Assembly (NCBI GenBank): GCA_963804645.1
Contig: CAWDRG010000010.1
Span: forward strand, 142,815-206,814
Length of the DNA stretch: 64,000 nt
Reading direction: 5' to 3'
Source: an uncultured Bacillota bacterium
GTDB lineage: Bacteria; Sysuimicrobiota; Sysuimicrobiia; Sysuimicrobiales; Segetimicrobiaceae
The notes beneath the pieces are model-generated. The model was not told the origin of the DNA and searched no databases. It saw only the letters and a list, made by a program, of their open reading frames with translations. The first letter of the stretch is position 1. Each line of letters begins with the position of its first letter. Positions 1 to 10,061 of the stretch are shown one piece after another. The translations under genes were made by a program, and so were the position numbers.

Positions 1-177
1 TCGAGCAGCCGGGCCCAACCCGCCGGCCTTCGAACCCGAGCGGAGCGCTCATGACCGCGGGGCCGGCAGGGACGGGCGGGCGCGTTCGCGTATACCGCGA
101 TTCCGGCCATCCCGCCACCGTGGCGAAGTCCGGCCGGGACGCGGCCGGCGGCGGTGGGCGGCGAAGGAGGAAGAGCC

Positions 178-1011
178 GTGGCGGAACCGCGCGTGATCTA
201 CCAAGGCGGCCAGGGGACACCGATCGACGCGGACCAGGAGTTCTACGGACGCCTCGCCCGGGACACTGACCGGCGGACGCTGGTCGACAGGTTCGTCATC
301 CCCCGCCGGTCCGGACGGGCCTGGATCGTCCCCGCCACCCACCTGTGTCGCATCGTCGCGAACGAAGGGCCGCAGGTCGGCGACTTGAACCTCTGGAACG
401 CCCATAATCCCCGCGAGCGGTTTTGGGCGTCGCGGACCCGGCAGCTGCATGCCGCCCACGTGACGACGTACGATCGGCTGTGGTCGTGCCTCCCGTACTT
501 GCGCCCGCTCGTGACCATCACGGGCGACAGCGTCGGCTACGGACTTGACGAGGACGGGGCGGGATGCCACGACCTCCTCGGCACCCGCTGCGACCCCTAT
601 GTGCACAAACTGCTCAACGGCGAGGAACTCGACGTCTGCTGTCACTCCAACCTTGTCCGGGCGGTTTCGGTGGCGCCGTACCGCCTCACCGAACTGGACG
701 TGCACGATGTCCTCAACGTCTTTCAGGTCACCGGACTAACCCGCGACGGACGGTACTTCGTGAAACCAAGCCCCGCCCGGCGAGGAGATTTCTTCGAGTT
801 TTTCGCGGAGCTGGATGTGCTCTGCGCGCTGTCGACGTGTCCGCACGGCGACCTTTCCGTGGCGATGTGGGGCTCGGAGCGCGCGGATCCCCTCGACACC
901 TGCCGCCCGCTGGCGGTCGAAGTGTACAGACCGGCGCCGGAGCTTCTCGACGGCTGGACCCCGCCGCGACAGGCCGACTACCGAGGCCTGCACGGGCTGA
1001 CGCCGCCATAA
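178..1011 (+). CDS. DUF1989 / urea carboxylase-associated family protein
   Basis: GPQVGDLNLWN, HDLLGTRC, CCHSNL, DVHDVLNVFQ, CALSTCP motifs; GTG at 178 follows GGAGG. Confidence 0.85.
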   Translation: MAEPRVIYQGGQGTPIDADQEFYGRLARDTDRRTLVDRFVIPRRSGRAWIVPATHLCRIVANEGPQVGDLNLWNAHNPRERFWASRTRQLHAAHVTTYDRLWSCLPYLRPLVTITGDSVGYGLDEDGAGCHDLLGTRCDPYVHKLLNGEELDVCCHSNLVRAVSVAPYRLTELDVHDVLNVFQVTGLTRDGRYFVKPSPARRGDFFEFFAELDVLCALSTCPHGDLSVAMWGSERADPLDTCRPLAVEVYRPAPELLDGWTPPRQADYRGLHGLTPP

Positions 1012-1176
1012 GGAAAGGAGTCCCGGCACGGGGCTGGTAATCCTACCGAGACCGCGCGGGCTGCGCGCTCGCGGCACCGCGGAGCGATCCGCACGCGCGG
1101 CCGGGGCATCCGCCCGCAGGGGACCACGCGCAGGTAAGCGCGAACAGGCTGGTACGTCGGTGGAGGATGGGCGCGC

Positions 1177-1938
1177 ATGAAACTGCGGGAGCGGGTCGCG
1201 ATCATCACCGGATCCAGCATGGGAATCGGCGAGGCGATCGCCTGGGACTACGCGCGCGAGGGGGCGCGGCTCGTGCTTCACTCCCGCGCGCAGGAACGGG
1301 CGGAACGCGTGGCCGGCGCCCTGCGGGCCCAGGGGCACGACGCGGTCGCGATCGCCGGTGACGTGCGCGAGCCGGCCACGGCGGCGCGGCTCGTCGATGC
1401 GGCGGTCGCCCGGTGGGAGCGCCTGGACATCCTGGTCAACAACGCGGGAACGTCCATGATCGGCGCGTCCGAAACGCTGCCCGCCGAAGGGTGGCAGATG
1501 ACGATCGATACCAACCTGTCGGGCGCGTTCTTCTGCGCCCAGGCGGCGGCGAGGGTCATGATCCCCCGCCGGCGCGGCGTCATCCTGAACATCTCCTCGA
1601 TCCTCGGCGAGGTCGGGCTTCCCAAGCGTGCTGCGTACTGCGCGAGTAAGCACGGGCTCATCGGCCTGACGAAGGTGCTCGCCGCGGAGTGGGCGCGGCA
1701 CCGCATCCGGGTCCTCAGCATTGATCCCGCGTACATCAAGACGCCGATGGACGTGCACGATCAGGCGACCGGGGATTACACGGATGCGGACATCGAACGG
1801 CGGACGCCCGCGGGACGCTTTGGGACCGTTGAGGACGTGGCGCGCGCCGCGCTCTTCGCGGCGTCCGACGACGCCGATTACATCACCGGTTCGTGCATCA
1901 CGGTCGACGGCGGGTGGGTCGCCTACGGTGGCTGGTAA
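1177..1938 (+). CDS. short-chain dehydrogenase/reductase (SDR)
   Basis: TGSSMGIG, NNAG, YCASK, VDGG motifs; GGAGG RBS. Confidence 0.93.
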   Translation: MKLRERVAIITGSSMGIGEAIAWDYAREGARLVLHSRAQERAERVAGALRAQGHDAVAIAGDVREPATAARLVDAAVARWERLDILVNNAGTSMIGASETLPAEGWQMTIDTNLSGAFFCAQAAARVMIPRRRGVILNISSILGEVGLPKRAAYCASKHGLIGLTKVLAAEWARHRIRVLSIDPAYIKTPMDVHDQATGDYTDADIERRTPAGRFGTVEDVARAALFAASDDADYITGSCITVDGGWVAYGGW

Positions 1939-1972
1939 ACGCGACGGGCCGGGCCGGACCCGCCACCCTGAA

Positions 1973-2956
1973 GTGACGGAGCCGCGGCTCAGCGCCGCCG
2001 ACCTTCGCGATCTCCTTCGATACATGCTGCTGCAGCGTCTCGCGGAGGAGCGCATCGTCGCCCTCTACCGTGGGGGCATGATCGTGGGCGCCTGCTTCAC
2101 GGGCTACGGCCACGAGGCGACCACGGTCGGCGCCGCCTTTGCGCTCGGCCCCGACGACGTCGCCGCGACCCTGCACCGCGATCTCGGCGCACGGCTGGTC
2201 CTCGGGATGCCACTGCGGTACTACTTCGCGAACTTCTTGGGCCGCGTGGGCTCGCCGACCCGGGGACGGGAAGGCAACCTCCATATCGGCGGCCTGGGAC
2301 CGCGCATTCTCCTCCACACCGATTTCATCGGTGCCAACGTCCCCGTGGCGGCCGGCGCGGCGCTCGCGTTCGCGGTCCGCCAGGAGACGCGGGTCGCGAT
2401 GGCGTTCTTCGGCGAAGGGACGCTGGCTACGGGAGAGTTCCACGAAGGGGCGAATCTCGCCGCGGTGCTGCGGCTGCCGCTCGTCCTTGTCTGCTGGAAC
2501 AATCAATTCGCGTACTCGACGCCGGTCGACCGAGAGGTGGCGGGTCCGATCGTCGATCGGATGGCGGGGTACGGCATGGCCGCCGCGGCCGTGGACGGCA
2601 ATGACGTGCTCGCCGTGCACGCGGCCGCGCGGGAGGCGGTCGACCGCGCGCGTCGCGGTGGCGGGCCCACGTTCCTCGAATGCCGGACGATGCGCATGCG
2701 GGGCCACTCCGAGGCCGACAACGCGACCTACGTGCCTCAGACGCTGCTCGACGAGTGGCGCGGGCGCGATCCCGTGGAGCGCTTCGAGGCCTGGCTTGCG
2801 GAGGCCGGCGTGCTGGACCGCGCCGCCATCGAGCGGGTGCGCGCCGAGGTGCTCGCGGAGGTCGACGAGTCGCTGGCGTGGGCGGAAGCCAGCCCGGCTC
2901 CCGAGGCATCCGAGGTGACCCGCGGCGTCTACTGCGAGGAACGGCCATGGCCGTGA
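1973..2956 (+). CDS. TPP-dependent 2-oxoacid dehydrogenase E1 alpha subunit
   Basis: GHEA, HRD, GEG...FHEG.N...NNQF TPP motif, RMRGHSEAD; start codon inferred (GTG 1973). Confidence 0.9.
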   Translation: MTEPRLSAADLRDLLRYMLLQRLAEERIVALYRGGMIVGACFTGYGHEATTVGAAFALGPDDVAATLHRDLGARLVLGMPLRYYFANFLGRVGSPTRGREGNLHIGGLGPRILLHTDFIGANVPVAAGAALAFAVRQETRVAMAFFGEGTLATGEFHEGANLAAVLRLPLVLVCWNNQFAYSTPVDREVAGPIVDRMAGYGMAAAAVDGNDVLAVHAAAREAVDRARRGGGPTFLECRTMRMRGHSEADNATYVPQTLLDEWRGRDPVERFEAWLAEAGVLDRAAIERVRAEVLAEVDESLAWAEASPAPEASEVTRGVYCEERPWP

Positions 2957-3921
2957 TGACCTATCTGGAGGCCATCACGGACGGCTTGCGCGAGGCGATG
3001 CGGGCGGATCCGTCGGTCATCGTCCTGGGCGAAGACATCGCCGCGTACGGCGGCGCCTTCAAGGTCACGCAAGGCCTGTTCGAGGAGTTTGGGCCGCTGC
3101 GCGTGATCGATACGCCGATCTCCGAGTCCGCGATCGTCGGCGCGGCGGTCGGCGCGGCGCTGCTCGGCATGCGACCGGTCGCGGAAATGCAGTTCGCCGA
3201 CTTCATCGCCAGCGCGTTCAACCAGCTCACGAATGTCGCGGCGACGTCCGCGTACCGCGCCGGGGGCTGCCTGCCACTGGTCGTCCGCGCGCCGTGCGGT
3301 GCCGGGACCCACGGCGGTCCCTTCCACTCGCAATCTGTCGAAGCGTACTTTTTCCACACGCCCGGCCTCAAGATCGTCATGCCGGCGACGCCCGAGGACG
3401 CGAAAGGCTTGCTGCTCGCCGCGATCGCGGACCCGAACCCGGTGCTGTTCCTCGAGCACAAGGCGCTGTACCGGTCTGAGAAGGGCGAGGTCGCCGCCGG
3501 GATGGCGCGCGTGCCGCTCGGCCGAGCGGCCCTCCGCCGCCCCGGCCGCGATGTCACGGTCGTGACCTACGGCATGATGGTGCACCGGTGTCTTGAGGCG
3601 GCGGACGCGGCGGCGGCCGAGGGGGTCGAGGCGGAGGTCCTCGACCTGCGCACCCTCCTGCCGCTGGACGAGGACGCCGTCGGCGCGTCGGTCGCGCGCA
3701 CGAGTCGGGCGCTCGTCGTCCACGAAGACCGGCTGCGGGGCGGGATCGGGGCCGAGATTGCCGCCGCGCTGGGCGAGCGCTTGTTCACCTCGCTCGATGC
3801 CCCGATCCGCCGGATCGGCGCGCCGGACACGCCGGTGCCGTACGCCCCGGCGCTCGAGGCGGCATACCTGCCGGACGTCGACCGGATTCGGACGGCGATC
3901 GTCGAACTGGGGCGCTGGTAG
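2947..3921 (+). CDS. 2-oxoacid dehydrogenase E1 beta subunit
   Basis: LGEDI, DTPISE, EMQFADF, HSQS, DLRTLLPLD; overlaps alpha stop. Confidence 0.93.
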   Translation: MAVMTYLEAITDGLREAMRADPSVIVLGEDIAAYGGAFKVTQGLFEEFGPLRVIDTPISESAIVGAAVGAALLGMRPVAEMQFADFIASAFNQLTNVAATSAYRAGGCLPLVVRAPCGAGTHGGPFHSQSVEAYFFHTPGLKIVMPATPEDAKGLLLAAIADPNPVLFLEHKALYRSEKGEVAAGMARVPLGRAALRRPGRDVTVVTYGMMVHRCLEAADAAAAEGVEAEVLDLRTLLPLDEDAVGASVARTSRALVVHEDRLRGGIGAEIAAALGERLFTSLDAPIRRIGAPDTPVPYAPALEAAYLPDVDRIRTAIVELGRW

Positions 3922-4030
3922 GCGCCGGCACCGCGACGCGCCCCGATGAAACTTCGGAGCGGCGGGAGATCGTAAGAGGACGGTGTGCGGTGCCACGGGA
4001 CCGCACAACACGCACCAGGGAGGTGACGGC

Positions 4031-5155
4031 ATGCGACGATGGATGGTCGTGGGCGTCTTGCTGGCCACGGCGCTGGCACTTCAGGTACCGGGGTACGGAG
4101 CGGCGGGCGCACCTGTCTTGATCGGCGTCACCGTGCCGCTGTCGGGAAGCAGCGCGGAGGCGGGCCAGGACGTCCTCCAAGGGGCGCAGCTCGCGGTCAA
4201 CCAGGCGAACGCCAAGGGCGGTGTACTCGGCCGCCAGATCCAGATCGTCTCCGCGGACGACGCGTGCGACGCGCAGCAGGGCGTCACCGCGGCCCAGAAG
4301 CTCGTCGACGCGGGCGTCGTCGCGGTCGCGGGGGGCTATTGCTCCTCGGCCGCGATCCCGGCCAGCGGCGTGTTCAACAAGGCGGGGGTCGCATTCGTCG
4401 CGGACGCGTCGACCAACCCGACCCTGACGGAGCAGGGCTTCAACAACGTGTTCCGCGACATCGGCCGCGACGACCTGCAGGGGCCGTTCGCCGCGAACTT
4501 CATGCTGAACACGCTGCACGCGCACCGCATCGCGATCGTGCACGACAACACCGTGTACGCGAAGGGATTGGCCCAGGCGACCCAAACGGCGCTCCAGGGC
4601 AAGCCGGGCGTCACGATCGTGTACTTCGACGCGATCACCCCGGGGGATAAGGACTTCAGCGCGGTCCTCACCAAGATCAAGGGCCTCAAGCCCGACGTGC
4701 TGTACTTCACCGGCTACTACGCCGAGGGCGGGCTGATGGCGAAGCAGTTCAAGGACCTCGGCGTGCCGGGACACTTCATGGCCGGGGACGCCAACAGCGA
4801 TCCGGCGTTCCTCCAGGAGGCCGGCTCCGCCGCCGACGGCGATATGATTACCACCGCCCCGATCGCGGCGTTCCTGCCCGCGGCCAAGGCCTTCATCGCC
4901 GCGTACACGGCGAAGTACGGCAAGGCGCCCGGTCCCTACTCGGCCTATGAGTACGACGCGACCAACATCGTGATCGCCGCGATCAAGCGCGCCGGCTCGA
5001 CGGACCGCGCCTCGGTTATCAAGTCACTCGCCGAGACCAAGAACTTCCCGGGGATCACCGGCTCGATCTCGTTCAATGCGAAGGGCGACCGCTCGGGCAG
5101 CGCGTACATGGTGCTGCTGGTCAAGAACGGCCAGTTCACGGCCTATGGCATGTAG
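4031..5155 (+). CDS. branched-chain amino acid-type ABC transporter substrate-binding protein
   Basis: Signal peptide; NAKGGVLG, DDACD, GGYCSS, LivK/LivJ-like. Confidence 0.9.
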   Translation: MRRWMVVGVLLATALALQVPGYGAAGAPVLIGVTVPLSGSSAEAGQDVLQGAQLAVNQANAKGGVLGRQIQIVSADDACDAQQGVTAAQKLVDAGVVAVAGGYCSSAAIPASGVFNKAGVAFVADASTNPTLTEQGFNNVFRDIGRDDLQGPFAANFMLNTLHAHRIAIVHDNTVYAKGLAQATQTALQGKPGVTIVYFDAITPGDKDFSAVLTKIKGLKPDVLYFTGYYAEGGLMAKQFKDLGVPGHFMAGDANSDPAFLQEAGSAADGDMITTAPIAAFLPAAKAFIAAYTAKYGKAPGPYSAYEYDATNIVIAAIKRAGSTDRASVIKSLAETKNFPGITGSISFNAKGDRSGSAYMVLLVKNGQFTAYGM

Positions 5156-5270
5156 GCCGGCGTCGGCCCGCCGGCCGCACGGCACGTCGGCCGCGAGCGG
5201 GACCGGATGACGGACGCGTGGCGGGGCCGCCCGTTTGGGGCGGCCCCGGCGCGCCGCCGGCGGTGATCCG

Positions 5271-6170
5271 ATGGACATCGCGCTCCAGCAGCTGGTGAAC
5301 GGCCTGACGGTGGGGGCGTTCTACGCGCTGGTCGCGCTCGGGTACACCATGGTCTACGGCATCATCCGCCTGATCAACTTCGCGCAGGGCGATCTGTACA
5401 GCGTCGGGGCGTTTCTCGGCCTGTCGCTTCTGGGCCTGCTCGGCGGGCTCACCACGCGCAGCGCGGCGCTCGCGACACTGCTGGGCCTGCTTGGGGCGAT
5501 GGCGCTCACCGCAGTCCTCGGGGTGGTGATCTACCGCGTAGCCTACCGGCCACTGCTGGGATCGCGGCTGTCGATCCTCATCTCCGCGATCGGCGCGTCG
5601 CTGACGCTGGAATACAGTTTGTACCTCATCTACAGCCCGTCGTACCTCGTCTACCCGAACCCGTTCGGGACGGGCGGACCGCCGCTCGGGGACATCGTCG
5701 TCTCCTGGATCCAAATCGTCATCTTCGTCGTGAGCCTCCTCCTGATGGCGGCGCTCTACACCCTGGTCCACCGCACGAAGCTCGGCCTGGCGATGCGCGC
5801 GCTCGCGATCAACCAAGACGCCGCGCGGCTGATGGGGATCGACGTGGATCGCGTGATCGCCATGACGTTCGCGATCGGCGCGTCGCTCGCCGCGTTCGGC
5901 GGCGTCACGACCGGGCTCTACTACGGTCAGATCTCGTTCCTGATGGGCTTCCTGGCGGGATTGAAGGCGTTCACGGCGGCGGTACTCGGCGGCATCGGCA
6001 ACATTCCCGGCGCGATGCTGGGAGGGTTCATCGTCGGCATCGTGGAGAGCCTCGCCACCGGATACATCTCGGGCCGCTGGAAGGACGTCATCACGTTCGC
6101 CGTGCTGATCTTTATTCTGGTCGTACGTCCCCGCGGCCTTCTCGGCGAGCGGGTCGTCGAACGGATGTGA
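5271..6170 (+). CDS. livH: branched-chain amino acid ABC permease
   Basis: QQLVNGLTVG..YALVALGYTMVYGIIRLINFAQG; KAFTAAVLGGIG. Confidence 0.92.
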   Translation: MDIALQQLVNGLTVGAFYALVALGYTMVYGIIRLINFAQGDLYSVGAFLGLSLLGLLGGLTTRSAALATLLGLLGAMALTAVLGVVIYRVAYRPLLGSRLSILISAIGASLTLEYSLYLIYSPSYLVYPNPFGTGGPPLGDIVVSWIQIVIFVVSLLLMAALYTLVHRTKLGLAMRALAINQDAARLMGIDVDRVIAMTFAIGASLAAFGGVTTGLYYGQISFLMGFLAGLKAFTAAVLGGIGNIPGAMLGGFIVGIVESLATGYISGRWKDVITFAVLIFILVVRPRGLLGERVVERM

Positions 6171-7174
6171 CGCGCCGCCAAGGCACGGCAGCCCGTCTGC
6201 GCCTCGGCGCGGCGGTCGCGGTCGGAATCGCGGCGTTGGCGCTGCCGCTGGTCGCCAGCCCGTACGTGGTCGACGTCGCCACGCTCATCTGCCTCTACGT
6301 CATGCTCGGCCTCGGCCTCAATATCGTCGTCGGGTACGCGGGCCTGCTCGATCTCGGGTACGCGGCGTTCTTCGCGATCGGGGCGTATACCACCGCGATC
6401 ATGATGGTCCGCTACCACCAGCCGTACTGGGCGACGATCCCGGTCGCGGCGCTGCTCACGACGGCGTCGGGGGTGGTGATCGGCACCCCCACGCTCCGGC
6501 TGCGCAGCGACTATCTGGCGATCGTCACGCTGGGGTTCGGCGAGATCGTGCGCATCACCGCGACGAACCTGGACTTCACCGGCGGCCCGGACGGCGTGTG
6601 GGGGATCCCGCGGCCCGCGATCGGGTCCTGGGTGCTGAGCAGCGGGACGTCACTGTACTATCTTGGGCTGGTGCTCGCGGCCTGCGTCCTCGTGGTCGCC
6701 TACAACGTGGCGCACTCCCGGCTCGGACGGGCGTGGCTGGCGATCCGCGAGGATGAGATCGCCGCCCGGGCGGCGGGCATCAATACCGTCGTGTTCAAGC
6801 TCAAAGCGTACATGATGGGAGCGCTGCTTGGGGGCATCGGCGGGTCATTCTTCGCGATCAAGCTCACCGCGGTCGACCCCACGAGCTTCACCTTCGTGCA
6901 GTCGGTGAACATCCTCATGGTCGTCGTCCTCGGCGGGATGGGGAGCCTGCCGGGGGTCGTGCTCGGCGCGGCCGTCATCGTCGGGCTGCCCGAGGTGCTG
7001 CGCGCGTTTCAGACGATCCGGGTGCTGGCGTTCGGGCTGGGCCTGATCATCATGATGCTGCTCCGCCCGCAGGGCCTGTGGCCGAGCCGCACGGGAGAGG
7101 TCGCGCGAGAGACCCCGCCGACGTCCCCGCTGCGCCAGCGGCCTCTCGGGCCGCGCGAAGAGGGCGTCCCGTGA
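6167..7174 (+). CDS. livM: branched-chain amino acid ABC permease
   Basis: GLNIVVGYAGLLDLGY, LRLRSDYLAIVTLGFGEI. Confidence 0.92.
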   Translation: MTRRQGTAARLRLGAAVAVGIAALALPLVASPYVVDVATLICLYVMLGLGLNIVVGYAGLLDLGYAAFFAIGAYTTAIMMVRYHQPYWATIPVAALLTTASGVVIGTPTLRLRSDYLAIVTLGFGEIVRITATNLDFTGGPDGVWGIPRPAIGSWVLSSGTSLYYLGLVLAACVLVVAYNVAHSRLGRAWLAIREDEIAARAAGINTVVFKLKAYMMGALLGGIGGSFFAIKLTAVDPTSFTFVQSVNILMVVVLGGMGSLPGVVLGAAVIVGLPEVLRAFQTIRVLAFGLGLIIMMLLRPQGLWPSRTGEVARETPPTSPLRQRPLGPREEGVP

Positions 7175-7971
7175 GCAGCCGGCCATCGACGCCCGCTGAG
7201 GCGGGCCCGATTCTGACCGTCGAGCGGTTGACGGTGAGGTTTGGCGGCCTGCTGGCGGTCAGCAACCTGTCCTTTGATGCGCGCACGGGTGAGATCCTGA
7301 GCATCATCGGCCCGAACGGAGCGGGGAAGACGACGGTGTTCAACTGCATCACCGGATTCCAACGGCCCGCGAGCGGCCGGGTCGTCTTCCGCGGACAGCC
7401 GGTGACCTCGCTCCCGCCCGACCTCATCGTGGCGCGCGGCATCGCGCGCACGTTTCAGATGATTCGCCTGTTCCCCGGTCTCGAGGTGATCGAGAACGTC
7501 ATGATCGGGCTGCACGCCCGAACGCGTGCCGGCACCATTGGGGCAGTCCTGCATACGCCGGGCGAGCGGCGGGAAGAAGCGTGGGTCCGGGAAGAGGCCC
7601 GCCGGTGGCTGGTGTTCGTTGGGCTGGAGCACCGCGCGCGTCACCAGGCCCGAACCCTCGCGTACGGCGATCAGCGGCGTGTGGAAATCGCACGGGCGAT
7701 GGCGACCGGGCCGCGGCTGCTCGTGCTCGACGAACCGGCGAGCGGGATGAACCCGGCCGAGAAGGACGATCTCGCCCGATTGGTCGCGGAGATCCGGGCG
7801 CTCGGCGTCACGGTCCTCCTCGTCGAGCACGACATGGGGGTCGTGATGGGGACGAGCGACCGCGTCATCGTCCTGAACTATGGGACGCAGATCGCCGAGG
7901 GCACGCCGGACGAGGTCCAGCGCGACCCGGCGGTGATCGAGGCGTACCTAGGCCAGGAGGACAACGCGTGA
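7171..7971 (+). CDS. livG: branched-chain amino acid ABC ATP-binding protein
   Basis: GPNGAGKTT, LAYGDQRRVEIARA, LDEP, VEHD, EAYLG. Confidence 0.92.
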   Translation: MSSRPSTPAEAGPILTVERLTVRFGGLLAVSNLSFDARTGEILSIIGPNGAGKTTVFNCITGFQRPASGRVVFRGQPVTSLPPDLIVARGIARTFQMIRLFPGLEVIENVMIGLHARTRAGTIGAVLHTPGERREEAWVREEARRWLVFVGLEHRARHQARTLAYGDQRRVEIARAMATGPRLLVLDEPASGMNPAEKDDLARLVAEIRALGVTVLLVEHDMGVVMGTSDRVIVLNYGTQIAEGTPDEVQRDPAVIEAYLGQEDNA

Positions 7972-8702
7972 CGACGCTGCTCGATGTCCGGGACCTGCGG
8001 ACAGCCTACGGAGCGATCGAGGCCCTTCACGGCATCTCGTTTCACGTCGACGCGGGGGAGATCGTTGCGCTCCTCGGCGCGAACGGCGCCGGCAAGACAA
8101 CAACACTGCGGACCATCTGCGGTCTGCTGGTTCCCCGCAGCGGCACCATCCGGTTCGCCGGCAAGCGGATCGACGGGCTTCAGGCGCACCGGGTCGTGCG
8201 GCTCGGACTCACGATGGTTCCGGAAGGAAGATGGATTTTCGGCGTCATGACCGTTGAGGAGAATCTGCGGCTCGGAGCGTATGTGGAACCCCACGTCCCC
8301 GCGGACGCCCTCGACCGCGTCTTCCAGCTGTTTCCCCGTCTCCGGGAGCGCCGGCGTCAGATCGCCGGAACGCTCTCGGGCGGCGAGCAGCAGATGCTCG
8401 CGATCGCGCGCGCGCTGATGACCAAGCCCCGTCTGCTGCTGCTGGACGAGCCGTCGATGGGACTCGCCCCAGTCATCGTGCGGGTGATGTTACAGACGAT
8501 CGGGGAGATCAACCGGGCCGGGACGACCGTGCTGCTGGTCGAGCAAAATGCGAGCGCGGCCCTTCGGTTGGCCACCCGGGGATACGTGCTGGAAAACGGC
8601 CAGATCGCGCTTGAGGGGACCGGCGCCGAGCTGACCCGTCACGAAGGAGTCCGGCGAAGCTACCTCGGGATACGCGTCTCGCCCGGCGGGCCCGGTCGCT
8701 GA
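7968..8702 (+). CDS. livF: branched-chain amino acid ABC ATP-binding protein
   Basis: GANGAGKTT, LSGGEQQM, LDEPSMGLAP, VEQN. Confidence 0.92.
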   Translation: MTTLLDVRDLRTAYGAIEALHGISFHVDAGEIVALLGANGAGKTTTLRTICGLLVPRSGTIRFAGKRIDGLQAHRVVRLGLTMVPEGRWIFGVMTVEENLRLGAYVEPHVPADALDRVFQLFPRLRERRRQIAGTLSGGEQQMLAIARALMTKPRLLLLDEPSMGLAPVIVRVMLQTIGEINRAGTTVLLVEQNASAALRLATRGYVLENGQIALEGTGAELTRHEGVRRSYLGIRVSPGGPGR

Positions 8703-9177
8703 ACGAGGGAGCGCCGCTCGCGCGCCGTCGGCACCCGATACCCTGCACTCCCGCCGTCATCGGCTCCGCGCGGCAGGCGGTGCCGCGGCTGCGTGCGCGT
8801 CTTTGGAGGTTGTCGCCCCCCGGACTGACGGCCAGCCCAAACGTATCGCCGACATCTCCAAGCCACGAGTCGGCACGACCCCATTGTGAGCGACACCAGG
8901 ACCAATCCTGCAAGAAGCAGCGTGCGCACGTCGGGTCGTCTCCTCGATCCATATCACCGGACGGTGCGCTCGCATCCTCTACGCGACGCGTCCTTCGGAG
9001 GTGCACTCGGGATCCACCGAGAATTTCAAGTCCAGCATCTGCCGGTCGCCGCGTCGAGATACAGACGCCTCCGCGGAAGAAGGAGCGATGCGGGGGCGTT
9101 CGCTTCACTTCCTAAGAACGCAGGCGGCGCGATTCCGCGCACGCCTATCTGGCGGCGAACGGCGAAAGGAGGTACGC

Positions 9178-10014
9178 ATGGCATCCGACGCGTCCGTGTT
9201 TGGCGCGGGGCAGCGCGCGGGAACGGGCACCACGGTGCACTGGCAGGAGCTGTGGCGCCACGAGCTCGAGGCGATGCTCCCGCAGGCCCCGGTGGTGATC
9301 GTCCCGTGCGGCTCGGTCGAGCAGCACGGCCCGCACTGCCCGATGGATGTCGACATCAGCCACACGCAGGCGCTCGCCGTCGCCACGGCGCGCGCGATCA
9401 CCGAATTTCCCGTCGTGGTGGCCCCGCCGATCTGGATGGGGCTCACCCACTACAACATGGGCGAGATCGGCACACTTACGGTCAGCGTCGAGACTTACAT
9501 CGCGCTCGTGTCCGAGATCTGCCGCAGCCTCTGGGCCAACGGATTCAAGCGGATCGTGCTGCTCAACGGGCACGGCGGGAACCGCGACATTCTCCGCGTG
9601 ATTTCGATCAAGCTGGCGGGGGAGGACATCTGGGCGCTGCCGATCACCTACTGGGAAATGGTGCCCGCCGCGATGCGGGCGGCCGCCGACACGGACGGAA
9701 GCAGCGTCGGGCACGGCGGGGAGTGGGAAACATCCCTGCAGCTGTATCTGCGCCCGACGCTCATCGACCGGGCGCGGGCGGTCGCGGACCCGGTCCGCGA
9801 GCCGCGGTTCTCCGACGACGTCTCCGCGTTCACGGGATTTCCCGAGCGGCGGCGCGAGGCCGCGCACGGGGTGATGGGCAATCCCGAGACGGCCTCCGCG
9901 CGCAAAGGTGAAATCCTCTTCACCGCCGCGCGGGATCGGCTCGTGGACGTCTGCCGGCAGTACCATGCGCTGCCCGTCCGCGGCTATCGGGAGTTCGGCT
10001 CGCACTGTCCGTAG
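9178..10014 (+). CDS. creatininase family amidohydrolase
   Basis: GSVEQHGPH..D, NGHGGN, HGGEWETS, GVMGNP; AAAGGAGG RBS. Confidence 0.92.
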   Translation: MASDASVFGAGQRAGTGTTVHWQELWRHELEAMLPQAPVVIVPCGSVEQHGPHCPMDVDISHTQALAVATARAITEFPVVVAPPIWMGLTHYNMGEIGTLTVSVETYIALVSEICRSLWANGFKRIVLLNGHGGNRDILRVISIKLAGEDIWALPITYWEMVPAAMRAAADTDGSSVGHGGEWETSLQLYLRPTLIDRARAVADPVREPRFSDDVSAFTGFPERRREAAHGVMGNPETASARKGEILFTAARDRLVDVCRQYHALPVRGYREFGSHCP

Positions 10015-10061
10015 CGCCGGCGCCCCCGCCGATCGTCGCCGCCCAACGAGGAGGTAGCCTG

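Noticed and set aside
8660..8929. Minus-strand ORF starting with a signal-like MRTLLLAGLVLVSLTMGSC
   Set aside because: Remainder is Arg/Pro-rich noise and overlaps the livF end; at most a remnant
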